In this document: positions 8,382 to 16,726 of the stretch, in pieces
How positions within the stretch are numbered: position 1 is the stretch's first letter
How the letters are laid out: each line of letters starts with the position of its first letter
NCBI GenBank assembly: GCA_963712115.1
Contig: CAVQGX010000005.1
Coordinates: 1 to 22,736, forward strand
From: an uncultured delta proteobacterium
GTDB lineage: Bacteria; Desulfobacterota; Syntrophobacteria; BM002
Direction: 5' to 3'
DNA: 22,736 nucleotides
Made by a program: the position numbers and the translations under genes
Notes under the pieces: generated by a model
Database searches by the model: none
What the model was told of the DNA's origin: nothing
Seen by the model: the letters and a program-made list of their open reading frames with translations, nothing else

Positions 8382-10022
8382 TTAAGATTTCAATTGTAAT
8401 CGACAAGCTATATCGTGAACCATCTGACCTTTTCGCGCCTTATCCAAAGCCGCTCTATTAACAATTTGGGCGACGGAATCAGCAAGAATCTCATACTCTT
8501 CTTTGTTTCGTAATCGTTTTTTCTCCGCTTCGATTTCAGCCATAATCCTTTGAGAAATCAAGGTCAGTGCCGCTCTCAGTGTTCCCGAACCATAGGAATC
8601 CATGTTATCAGTCATCTGTCTACAAACATTTGACAAATTGACCCAAAACTTTCTCGGGAATGAAACCTCTGTTTTCAGCTCATCGTGTTTGTCACCACGC
8701 TTTTCTATAATATGTAGTCTGATCTTCGGATACGAAGCAGCTTCAACGTGCAACACCACAGATTTGTTGCTTCCTTGCTCAATGCTACTCTCTTTCCTAT
8801 TTCGAACGAATAGATCAGTTCTCCGAATAATACTAATACCTTGGATCTGTTTTGAAACCGGAGGATTTATGAGTTCTTGATCTTCCTCAGAAACCCTCGT
8901 AAAGCGCGCGCCATGAGACACAACTTCGCTGTCATTGCATTGGACGTCTGACTTTTTTTCCTTCATGTTGAACATTTCTTGGTCTGCAAATGCGAGCAGT
9001 TCGGTCTGGTCAGTGGCGTCGTAGGGAAAAGTAGCGACTCCGAAACTCGCCCGAATACTGACTTTATATCCCTGGTCGGCAAGATAGACCGCTTGTCTCA
9101 TTTGTGATCGAATGGTTTCAACCACTTGTAAGGCCTGACTCTTGCTGAAACCGGGCAATACTACGATAAACTCATCCCCGGCATAAGCTACACCGTAAGC
9201 AGGTTCTGAAAGAACACTTCTGATGGTAGCGCCTACTTCCTGAATGGCCTGGCTGGCATTAAGATGGCCGTAAGTGTCCACCACGTGCTTAAAGTTATCA
9301 AGGTCCAAGAAGATTAGTGAAAACGTTTGGGTATTGGCAACACTATCCTCAATCAGTTCATCCAAGGCCTTATAGAGGTAGCGGGTGTTGTAAAGGCCGG
9401 TTAGATCGTCGTGGATGGCAAGGTTGCGGAATTTCTCCTCACTTTTCCTCAGCGCCTCCTCTACACGTTTTCGGGCATCATCGGCTTCCATCTTCTTGGA
9501 AACAATTGTCAGGCAGCCTAAGGAAAGGCTGATTCGATCTTCCTCAAAAGACTCTACAGTCGCCTGATCTTTGAACCAAAAAACTTCGCCACTTTGAGTA
9601 GAACTCTTGTAAACAGCCTCAACGATTCCTTTATCCTGAACCTCTTTGCGCAGCTTGCTTCTGGACCCTTTCAATTCCCGATGACTGAGAACTTCTTCCT
9701 TAACACTCCAATCCGTTTCAAGAGATTTGTATATGCGTCGTTCGAGGATGCTGTTACGAAAAGTCTCAGCGGCTTGCGAATATTCAGACCCCAAAATTCT
9801 GACAAAGCGTCTACTGACAAATTCATACCAGATGACTTTCTCTTCTTCGTGCCAGGCAGCAATATAAGGGATTGCCAATGTACCGAGATTATCAAATGCC
9901 CGAAAGATCAAAATACATTCCGCAACCCTTCTTTTTAACCTTTGACTGTATGGTCCGTGAAGAATTTGGCCGTAATAATCCCTTTCACAGAGCAAGATAA
10001 GCGTATTATTATCTGTCTTCAT
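8382..10022 (-). CDS. Diguanylate cyclase-like (GGDEF-domain) protein with AGDEF motif, PAS-like N-terminus and unrecognised C-terminal domain
   Basis: DDLTGLYN, DLDNFKHVVDTYGH, YAGDEF, ASFGVA and ADQEMF motifs. Confidence 0.9.
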   Translation of the reverse strand: MKTDNNTLILLCERDYYGQILHGPYSQRLKRRVAECILIFRAFDNLGTLAIPYIAAWHEEEKVIWYEFVSRRFVRILGSEYSQAAETFRNSILERRIYKSLETDWSVKEEVLSHRELKGSRSKLRKEVQDKGIVEAVYKSSTQSGEVFWFKDQATVESFEEDRISLSLGCLTIVSKKMEADDARKRVEEALRKSEEKFRNLAIHDDLTGLYNTRYLYKALDELIEDSVANTQTFSLIFLDLDNFKHVVDTYGHLNASQAIQEVGATIRSVLSEPAYGVAYAGDEFIVVLPGFSKSQALQVVETIRSQMRQAVYLADQGYKVSIRASFGVATFPYDATDQTELLAFADQEMFNMKEKKSDVQCNDSEVVSHGARFTRVSEEDQELINPPVSKQIQGISIIRRTDLFVRNRKESSIEQGSNKSVVLHVEAASYPKIRLHIIEKRGDKHDELKTEVSFPRKFWVNLSNVCRQMTDNMDSYGSGTLRAALTLISQRIMAEIEAEKKRLRNKEEYEILADSVAQIVNRAALDKARKGQMVHDIACRLQLKS

Positions 10023-10596
10023 GCTGTTAATCTTTCAAGTCTTCGGAGCTGAATTCTCAAAATATAAAACCCATTCATTTAGCAACGAATATTTTTTTCT
10101 CCCATACTATCCTGGGCACTCTGTGCGGTAGCATTTCGTTGCCAAGAACACTGCACAGATTATCTTATCATCTTTTCTTCATAGCAAAGATTCTTTATCC
10201 AGTCCTTACCATACAAAACCTGTTTCACGATTTTAACTCCGGTTTAAGTGATCTGTCTAGGTCTACACCTTAGCTCTGTTTCGGGTCGATCGACAAGAGT
10301 ATTAATCTCAATTCTGTCTATCCTCCATCAAAGGCAGGTTGTGGAGTTTCTTTGCGGCTTTGTGAGTGTAAATGCTATCTATGTGGAATCTCTTAGTTTC
10401 AAATAGTATAGGATTCCAAAGCTCTAAATCTAGGCAAGGCAGCAGCCAAAAAGGAAGATTATGAGAAACATACATCTCACAATAAAATCTTCTCCGAGGA
10501 TCAAGGAATTGTATTTTGATGGTAAGCGGAAAGCAGCTATCTATGAGAGAAATGACGGCTGTGTAATGTTTCAGACAGGTCAAGAGAAAAAAGGTG

Positions 10597-11616
10597 TTAG
10601 TTTGGTACGGCAGTCAATTGTTGTTGGATTCGTCCTTGGTTGACCTGTCTCCTTCGTTCTTTGGCAATTTGAACCATCTGCCTGTAGTGATTGAGAAGCT
10701 GGCTCTTGTTTCCGAGACGGTGGACATCGCCAGGGGTATAGTTCCACAGGGCCTGATGGGGCCGTTGTTCGTTGTAGTAGTCAATGTAGTGGGCCAGGCA
10801 CAGGCGAGCGATCTCTTCTGAAAGATACGTGGGATAGCAGTAGATCTCTTCTTGTTTCACTGTCCGGTACCAGCGTTCCTGTCGGGCATTATCCGTAGGA
10901 CGATACGCTCTTGCTGGGGAGAGCAGCATCTCCAGGTCTTTGATCAGCCGCCTGGTCTTGATCGCCGTATTGGGTGAACCCTGATCTACCCGGACAATGG
11001 GTTTGGGATGTTGATGCTCGATTCTCTCACTCATGTAGGCAAGTGCCAGGAGTGCTTGAACCTCTCGTTGGGTGACGGTCTTCACCACGGCCCAGGCTAC
11101 GATGTAACGGGAAAAATAGTCGATAATAGTGAGCAGGTAATGCCTCAATCCGGTAATCGACAGAATGGTCCAATCCTCTCCCCAGATCTGGTTCGGGCGA
11201 AACGGTTCATATCGAGCTACTTTCCAGGGAGCCGTCCGCAGACAGGCAGCCATGACCCAGCCGAGAGCTTTGAGCCGACGGTAGCAACTCGAAGGGCTGA
11301 TCCAATGACCGTCCTGTCGCAACAAACCACTGACTTGGCGATGGCTGAGCTGAGGCTCTCCTTTCTTCTTCTTGATGATGGCGTGCTGTTCCTCAGCAGT
11401 CAGACGGAGCACGGCGGCCGACTTCTTTCGGACTGTAGGAGGGTTCAGCCAAACATAGTATGTGGAACGACAGACCCCAAGGCCCCTGAGCGTCTCTGAT
11501 ATGGAAAATCCTTGAGCACGGAGCCTTTGGACTTCCTCGAGGATCCGATGCCGCTGCTCCTGGCTGTAGGTGGCTCCCGTGGGACGGTTCGTTAGAGCAA
11601 GTTCATCTCTTTTTTT
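10597..11616 (-). CDS. IS3-family transposase OrfB (integrase-core DDE), probably expressed as an OrfAB fusion by -1 frameshift
   Basis: WGEDW, IIDYFSR, RVDQG and NARQERWYRTVKQE motifs. A7G slippery run at 11609-11616 on the minus strand. Confidence 0.88.
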   Translation of the reverse strand, partial: KKRDELALTNRPTGATYSQEQRHRILEEVQRLRAQGFSISETLRGLGVCRSTYYVWLNPPTVRKKSAAVLRLTAEEQHAIIKKKKGEPQLSHRQVSGLLRQDGHWISPSSCYRRLKALGWVMAACLRTAPWKVARYEPFRPNQIWGEDWTILSITGLRHYLLTIIDYFSRYIVAWAVVKTVTQREVQALLALAYMSERIEHQHPKPIVRVDQGSPNTAIKTRRLIKDLEMLLSPARAYRPTDNARQERWYRTVKQEEIYCYPTYLSEEIARLCLAHYIDYYNEQRPHQALWNYTPGDVHRLGNKSQLLNHYRQMVQIAKERRRQVNQGRIQQQLTAVPN

Positions 11617-11909
11617 AAAAGCATCAGCTCTTGGGTCTGCAGAGCCAGGGCTTCCTTCAGTCTCTGGTTCTCTTTCTCCAGCTTCTTGATGCGGGGATCC
11701 AATCTGGGCTTCTTCCCACTCAGAAACGCTTGCGCACCCTGCTCCAGAGCTTTCCTCCATCGGTAGAGGGTCTGAGGATGGATCTGATACTTCTCCGCTA
11801 CCTCGACACCGTTTCCAGATCGCTCCCATTCCCTGAGAATCTGGAGCTTCTGCTGAGGGGTAAACCTTTTGGCCTTTCGCCGAGTTGGGATGACTAGTTG
11901 TACGCTCAT
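11592..11909 (-). CDS. IS3-family transposase OrfA (HTH plus leucine zipper)
   Basis: RFTPQQKLQIL...VAEKYQIHPQTLYRW HTH and IKKLEKENQRLKE zipper. AGGAGG RBS upstream. Confidence 0.9.
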   Translation of the reverse strand: MSVQLVIPTRRKAKRFTPQQKLQILREWERSGNGVEVAEKYQIHPQTLYRWRKALEQGAQAFLSGKKPRLDPRIKKLEKENQRLKEALALQTQELMLLKKEMNLL

Positions 11910-12201
11910 GCATCTTCCTCCTCCTGGTGACTATAGCACTCTCTTGAGCGTCCAACTAACACCTTTTAGGGGCTGAAACTGTCTAGATCGGATTGAAACA
12001 TTATACTGCATTGATAGAATCTTTTTATATCCTGATAGAGAGAAATCAATTAATAAAAGATACGAAAATATCTTGGATGTGGCTGCGGATTTGTTAGCTG
12101 GCGAGTGGAAATGAAAGCAGGGAGTCTCCGGCGCTATATTGCAGAGAAGTGAAACTTAATCATTAGTAGCTTAGGTCCGCCCCGCAATTCATAGAAATAC
12201 A

Positions 12202-12309
12202 TATCATAATCATACTTTTCTGCACATTTCTGCCTCTTGAGGACCAGCTACCACGTTCTGTGTTGAGGTTTCAGGTGTGGAAAGTGTGACTTAAGGGATG
12301 GAATCTCCA
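12202..12309. repeat. Complete tripartite B-M-A site (B 12202-12226, M 12249-12262, A 12285-12309)
   Basis: TATCATAAT CATACTT TTCTGCACA ... TACCACGTTCTGTG ... TGTGACTTA AGGGATG GAATCTCCA. Same geometry as 2203-2309. Confidence 0.9.
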
Positions 12310-12445
12310 GTTTGCTCCCTTCCGTTTTGAGGCAACCGATTCATCTAAAAAATGCTGGTTTTTCGGTTCACTCGTGATAAAATACAAGCGGGTTACAGAG
12401 TAGGAGATTCAGTTACTCTGCATCATCCTACTCCCTCAGACATTG

Positions 12446-12488
12446 CCCCCACTGGCCAACGGTGCCCCGGCCAGTGGGGGATTTTTTT
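12446..12488 (+). terminator. Rho-independent terminator-like hairpin
   Basis: CCCCCACTGGCC / GGCCAGTGGGGG 12-bp stem followed by ATTTTTTT. Confidence 0.7.
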
Positions 12489-12503
12489 GGCATTGAGTTT
12501 GCA
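12488..12503 (+). promoter_or_regulatory. Putative sigma54 promoter
   Basis: TGGCATTGAGTTTGCA, GG-N10-GC. Confidence 0.7.
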
Positions 12504-12623
12504 TTAGTGAATCCGTGGGGTGAGCAAATTGCTCCCTCCTTGGTCCAGTCTCCTTCCTACTACAACCCTTGACTATCCCCATTGGTCCTATCTGGTGCCG
12601 TAGGCTGATGGGGATAACTTTTT

Positions 12624-13181
12624 TTGAACCGCTTTGACTTGACGGAGCTGGCTTTCCGAGTAAGGTCAATTCTCCGGACACGCTACATAGCCGATGAACT
12701 GGAGAGAGCAATAGCTTATATTGGGGAACTGGAGAAGGATTCCACGGCTTTAACAAAAGTAGATTTACGAGAAACTGCAATCAGTGAGAGATCTATGGAT
12801 GCCTTTATTGAGTGGGAGACATGTAAGAGAGGTACATGGTGTAATCTTTCAGAACTAGATTTAGGCCATGAGCATTTCGATGACATGGAAGGCGTGTACT
12901 TTATATGGCAAGGCGAAGAGAATCCAGTAGCCCTGCGAGTTAGCCACGGCTTAATCAGGGAATGCTTGGCCAGAGAGCAAAATGATAAAGACGTACTGGG
13001 CAACCTAAAGGATGAAATCTATGTGACTTGGGGGAAAGTCGATCGAAAATTCTGTGGTGGTATTGTCAGATATATTGAAAACATACTCCAACCAGCACTA
13101 GAAAGTTCCTCCCCAGATGTCGAATCAATCGAGGCAAACATACCCTCACCCTGGTACGAAGAAAGTTTCCCTTGGGAATAA
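12624..13181 (+). CDS. Hypothetical protein, C-terminal half possibly a degenerate GIY-YIG-like fold
   Basis: 185-aa ORF with GVYFIW and IYVTW motifs. The second Y(I/V)G motif is not conserved. TTG start uncertain. Confidence 0.6.
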   Translation: MNRFDLTELAFRVRSILRTRYIADELERAIAYIGELEKDSTALTKVDLRETAISERSMDAFIEWETCKRGTWCNLSELDLGHEHFDDMEGVYFIWQGEENPVALRVSHGLIRECLAREQNDKDVLGNLKDEIYVTWGKVDRKFCGGIVRYIENILQPALESSSPDVESIEANIPSPWYEESFPWE

Positions 13182-13216
13182 TATGCTCACTAATGTTGGT
13201 TTTTCAAAAAACACTA

Positions 13217-13239
13217 CGGGATTCGTCCCGCTTTTTTTT
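13217..13239 (+). terminator. Terminator hairpin (variant of GCGGAG family)
   Basis: CGGGA-TTCG-TCCCG followed by C and T8. Confidence 0.7.
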
Positions 13240-13261
13240 GTTCAGTGCATTCTGCCTAGAG

Positions 13262-13317
13262 TGAGCATTACATACATCTAAACTTTGTCTCTGAAGAAGC
13301 TACTACCATATGTTGTA
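13262..13317 (+). repeat. B-M half-site with 4-bp deletion in B (TGAGCATTA CATAC----ATCTAAA; M 13304-13317)
   Basis: The linker and M, CTTTGTCTCTGAAGAAGCTACTACCATATGTTGTA, align with CTTTTCCCCCGAAGAACCCACTACCACAATTTGTG at 2228. Confidence 0.8.
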
Positions 13318-13559
13318 CTATTTATTTAAAACCCGATCCCAACGGTCGGAATATAAATTGCAGTTTCCCAGTGAATAAGTTGGAGTAAACTTTTCTCATC
13401 ATTAAATGTACTTTTCTAACCTCTAGGTTTTAGATATTCTTGTTTATCTTTAAACCCACCAAAGTTTACATGTTGGCGAGAGATATATCATTACCCATTA
13501 TTAGTAACCATCCCCTCATGATGATCGAACTAATAAAAAGAATCTCCCAATAATTAGCT

Positions 13560-13575
13560 TGGCACATGCGTTGCA
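13560..13575 (+). promoter_or_regulatory. Putative sigma54 promoter
   Basis: TGGCACATGCGTTGCA, near-consensus -24/-12. Confidence 0.78.
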
Positions 13576-13744
13576 TCCTTCCCTCTGTGTAAGCAAAAAG
13601 CCTTCCTTTCCATACAGGTTAAACATTTTCTTTTTTTCAAGAGAGGGTTGCTATCCTAGTGATAGCAGCCCTTTTGCTATGGAAGGGTTTGTTAGACATG
13701 CTTGAAAGCCAATACCTAATCTGTAGAGGTTTATATTCGGAGGT

Positions 13745-14182
13745 ATGATATTGCATACAGTGAATGGTATCGAGCAACGTCAGCATCCTAGGGCCGAAAT
13801 CAGCTGGTCTGTAACTTTGAGACCATCTTGGGGGACAATAAAGGGAGAAACGCTAAATGTTAGCTCTATGGGTGCTTTTATCAAGAGTTCTGAGCCGCTG
13901 AAGTTTAATGAAGTTTTCATACTGGATATGGATGTTCTCGCACTAGATTATCCATTAAAGGCCATCGCTGAAGTGGTATGGTTGAACAGCAAAGGAAATA
14001 AAAATGAAATTACACCATATGGGATGGGGATTCGCTTCATAAGAATCTCAAGTGCGGACCGAAGATTCATTTTTAATGAGGTACTAAAGCATCTCAACTC
14101 AGAGAGTGTGGAAACCGGCTCTTCTGTGGTTTTTCAGACTACAGCTGTCGATCAAGAAGTCGAATCCGGTGAAGCTATTTGA
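13745..14182 (+). CDS. PilZ domain protein 5
   Basis: RQHPR, NVSSMG, AEVVW and GMGIRF motifs. Confidence 0.9.
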   Translation: MILHTVNGIEQRQHPRAEISWSVTLRPSWGTIKGETLNVSSMGAFIKSSEPLKFNEVFILDMDVLALDYPLKAIAEVVWLNSKGNKNEITPYGMGIRFIRISSADRRFIFNEVLKHLNSESVETGSSVVFQTTAVDQEVESGEAI

Positions 14183-14307
14183 GTGTGAATGGGTTAATCC
14201 TTGGAGATTTTGGGATGATTTCTGCGCATCATAGCCATTATTAAATCTTTCCTGGGTGAGTGCAAACTCACGAGATGATGAACTTTTATTGTAAGGAGGT
14301 TACTGCC

Positions 14308-14721
14308 ATGAGAAAGTTACTTTTCCTTCTCCCATTCCTGGTACTGGTCGCTATGTGCTTAGGCTTGCAAGCCACGAGCCAGGCCCAAGATAACTCTCAT
14401 CTGGAAGTCGCTGCATCTGCAATCTGCAAGGATGTAGTTGATCTGGAACCTGTGGACAGCGGCACTAGTTTCGTCGCTGAGGAAGGCGGACTCTATTGTT
14501 TTACTAAGATTACCGGTGCCCAGAGTCCTTCTCATGTGACACACGTATGGTATTTCGACGGCACCGAGAGAGCCAGGGTAGACCTGGCTGTCAATTCCAT
14601 CGCATGGCGCACCTATAGCTCGAAGATTATACAGCCACATGAGCTAGGGGCGTGGCATGTAGATGTTCTCGATTCACTGGGCAACGTGCTGAAGACTCTA
14701 AAGTTCGAGGTCGCGCCATAA
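14308..14721 (+). CDS. Secreted DUF2914-family protein
   Basis: AAGGAGG RBS and signal peptide. LYCFT, VTHVWY, WRTYSSK and GAWHVDV motifs. Confidence 0.8.
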   Translation: MRKLLFLLPFLVLVAMCLGLQATSQAQDNSHLEVAASAICKDVVDLEPVDSGTSFVAEEGGLYCFTKITGAQSPSHVTHVWYFDGTERARVDLAVNSIAWRTYSSKIIQPHELGAWHVDVLDSLGNVLKTLKFEVAP

Positions 14722-14801
14722 GATAAAATTTTCTTTTGAATAAGATCCAAGCGGTCCTCGCTATGATTCAAGGGTTGAAGGACTATGCTGTCAAACCGAG
14801 A

Positions 14802-14833
14802 AAAAGGCAGGGTCAGCAATGGCTCTGCCTTTT
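14802..14833 (+). terminator. Bidirectional terminator, related in sequence to 22668-22700
   Basis: AAAAGGCAGGGTC-AGCAAT-GGCTCTGCCTTTT. Confidence 0.75.
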
Positions 14834-14975
14834 GCTATTCATTAGTCAAAGAAAATAGCGGAGCTTAGACTCCGCCATTTTATTCAGCGCAACAATCCCC
14901 GCTCCCGAAAGAGCCTATTGAGTTTCCTTCCCAACCGTATTGGTGCATGGCTAATCCTCTGGCATATTTCCTGCA
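14834..14975 (+). repeat. Second copy of the 140-bp hairpin plus sigma54 promoter module
   Basis: Aligns to 3449-3588. GCGGAG hairpin at 14858-14875 and TGGCATATTTCCTGCA at 14960-14975. Confidence 0.9.
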
Positions 14976-15098
14976 GTTTTTTCCTCTTCGAAGGAGAGAG
15001 ACTGATCCCCTCTCTTCTTCTAAAAATACCTCCATCTAGCACCGCTCCCACACCGAGATTTCCGGTGTGGGGGCAAACACCCTAGGGAAAGAAACGAA

Positions 15099-15485
15099 AT
15101 GCCGCAAAAAGATAGACGCAAACATCAAAGAGCAAAAGTAGTGTGGCCTGTAATCATGGAAAACAACCGAAATATCATAAGCGGTGAAACGCAAGATATA
15201 AGTGCTGGTGGAGCATATATACGTTGTCGTACACCACTGAAGCCCGTTGAGGTTTCCATGTATGTCAGTGTCTCTTTTTTAAGCCCTCGTATAAGAGCCA
15301 TGGCAGAAGTTGTCAGGTCAGATGTTCTTGGATCAGCTAATGGGGTTGACTACTATGGTATAGCAGTTAGGTTCGTAGCAATTTCTAATGAAGCCCGGGA
15401 ACTCATCTCACTTGAATTTCAGGACACAAAATTGTCACCTCCTACAACAACGTCGGTATCCCCAACTCATCAGCCACACCCTTAA
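15099..15485 (+). CDS. PilZ domain protein 6
   Basis: RKHQR, DISAGG and GIAVRF motifs. Confidence 0.9.
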   Translation: MPQKDRRKHQRAKVVWPVIMENNRNIISGETQDISAGGAYIRCRTPLKPVEVSMYVSVSFLSPRIRAMAEVVRSDVLGSANGVDYYGIAVRFVAISNEARELISLEFQDTKLSPPTTTSVSPTHQPHP

Positions 15486-15541
15486 CGTCAATGGTCATCA
15501 GGGCAATACTATCTCCTTCTATTCCCCCTGCCTTGACAACT

Positions 15542-15601
15542 CTCAATATCTTGTGCCAGATTAGAATCCAGGCGAGTGTGAATTAAGGGATGTAATCTTT
15601 G
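15542..15601 (+). repeat. M-A half-site (M 15542-15555, A 15577-15601)
   Basis: CTCAATATCTTGTG then TGTGAATTA AGGGATG TAATCTTTG. Confidence 0.88.
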
Positions 15602-15751
15602 CTTTCACGCTAGACGGTCTCGTCCAGTTTGATCTGAATTGGTATTTTTTTTCCACTTCTATGGTCTTCTCTTCCCAATCACTAAATCAAACTTTTCATA
15701 CACCATGCCATAAGTTATTGAATTTCAGTCTAATTAATTAGACTCCTAATG

Positions 15752-15767
15752 TGGCACAATCTTTGTT
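15752..15767 (+). promoter_or_regulatory. Possible sigma54 promoter (imperfect -12)
   Basis: TGGCACAATCTTTGTT, with GT instead of GC at -12. Confidence 0.4.
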
Positions 15768-15906
15768 TATCTAGACTACATGTTGAATACCCATTAATTC
15801 TGCTGCCAGACTCCAACACTGCATGTTTGGGTCATCTTTTGGAGGATCTTTCATGCATACAGTTTTCCTTAACTCAGCGGCTCTAATGAAAAGCGGGGCA
15901 GTTTAG

Positions 15907-16140
15907 ATGACAACCTCGGAGAAAAGGATACTTGAAGCGAATCTATTTCAATTCGTCATCCGCCTTCGCTCCTGGCTCAGAAACCAGATTAACAGGATTA
16001 AAGCAATTTCAGTGGCTTTATTGGCGCTAATCCTGATTGTACTCGTAAGGTTACTTTGTCTATTTGTGGGCAGAACTGAAGCGCCAGAAATAGATTTACG
16101 AGAAGTTGAGGCAGAGTCAGACGAGAAAGTAATTTTTTAG
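15907..16140 (+). CDS. Small hypothetical membrane protein
   Basis: 77 aa with one hydrophobic segment (AISVALLALILIVLVRLLCLFV). Confidence 0.5.
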   Translation: MTTSEKRILEANLFQFVIRLRSWLRNQINRIKAISVALLALILIVLVRLLCLFVGRTEAPEIDLREVEAESDEKVIF

Positions 16141-16168
16141 TCGTGGATGAAATCCTTTCGAGGTCTCA

Positions 16169-16600
16169 ATGTTTCCGGAGTTATACTTATCCGTAGGGTA
16201 TGTTTTTCTGGTAAGTCTGCTTCTACTAAGGGATGAATATCTAACCAGGAAGATTAAGAAGAAACGCCTTGACGTCCGAGCCAAACTCTCTTGGCCAGTC
16301 ACGGTCCAAACTATCGCAGGACCCATTTGCGGTCACACGGAAAACATTAGCGTATCTGGTGCTTTATTGGTCTGTCTACAGCCATTATGCAAGGGTGAAA
16401 TACTAAAAGTAGTCTTAAATGTTCCAAGTCGGCCCTTGGAGGTAGACGCAGAGGTAGTTTGGACCGACATGTATCGACCCTCTGAAAAAAACTATCCTCA
16501 CAATGCAATCGCCGTCCAGTTCAAACGGATTTCAGATGAGTCCAGAAGTTTTTTGGCCCTAGCAGTGCATAATCGCTTGAACACTGATAAGCGTTCGTAG
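16169..16600 (+). CDS. PilZ domain protein 7 with N-terminal hydrophobic anchor
   Basis: RLDVR, NISVSG, AEVVW and AIAVQF motifs. GAGG RBS and hydrophobic residues 5-20. Confidence 0.88.
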   Translation: MFPELYLSVGYVFLVSLLLLRDEYLTRKIKKKRLDVRAKLSWPVTVQTIAGPICGHTENISVSGALLVCLQPLCKGEILKVVLNVPSRPLEVDAEVVWTDMYRPSEKNYPHNAIAVQFKRISDESRSFLALAVHNRLNTDKRS

Positions 16601-16619
16601 GCTCAAATACTGGAGAGAT

Positions 16620-16644
16620 AGCGGAGCTTCGGCTCCGCTTGTTT
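16620..16644 (+). terminator. GCGGAG-family hairpin with UUCG loop
   Basis: AGCGGAGC-TTCG-GCTCCGCT followed by TGTTT. Confidence 0.75.
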
Positions 16645-16726
16645 ATACGCTAAATAGCTTGTCCCAACCTGACTTCTAGCAGAAGCACAGATAAAAGCCT
16701 AACAAGGAACACTTACCATCCATAGC

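Larger units (their letters stand above)
10562..12005 (-). mobile_element. IS3-family insertion sequence
   Basis: Terminal IRs TGTAATGTTTCA / TATAATGTTTCA with inner AAAAGGTGTTAGTT, 3-bp TSD CTG (10559-10561, 12006-12008), and orfA/orfB layout. Confidence 0.9.
10461..12114 (+). pseudogene. 68-aa hypothetical gene interrupted by the IS3-family element
   Basis: Removing 10562-12008 restores an open frame MRNIHL...NDGC-IDRIFLYPDREK...AGEWK*. AAGGAA RBS upstream. Confidence 0.65.

Noticed and set aside
10339-10391. Possible eroded M-A half-site (TTGTG then TGTAAAT 28 bp later)
   Set aside because: The spacer AGGGATG is absent, so it is too weak to call.
11617-11955. N-terminal extension of the 452-aa ORF 10597-11955
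   Set aside because: It overlaps IS3 orfA in another frame. The real product is most likely the OrfAB frameshift fusion.
14762-14786. Degenerate A site TATGATTCA AGGGTTG
   Set aside because: Only 12/16 match and no M box at the expected distance.
15070-15110. c-di-GMP-I (GEMM) riboswitch suggested by GGCAAAC...GAAA...CGCAAA
   Set aside because: The segments flanking GAAA do not pair, there is no second stem, and it overlaps the start codon.
16220-16244. TAAGGGATG match inside pilZ 7
   Set aside because: The left arm does not match, it lies in coding sequence, and there is no upstream M.
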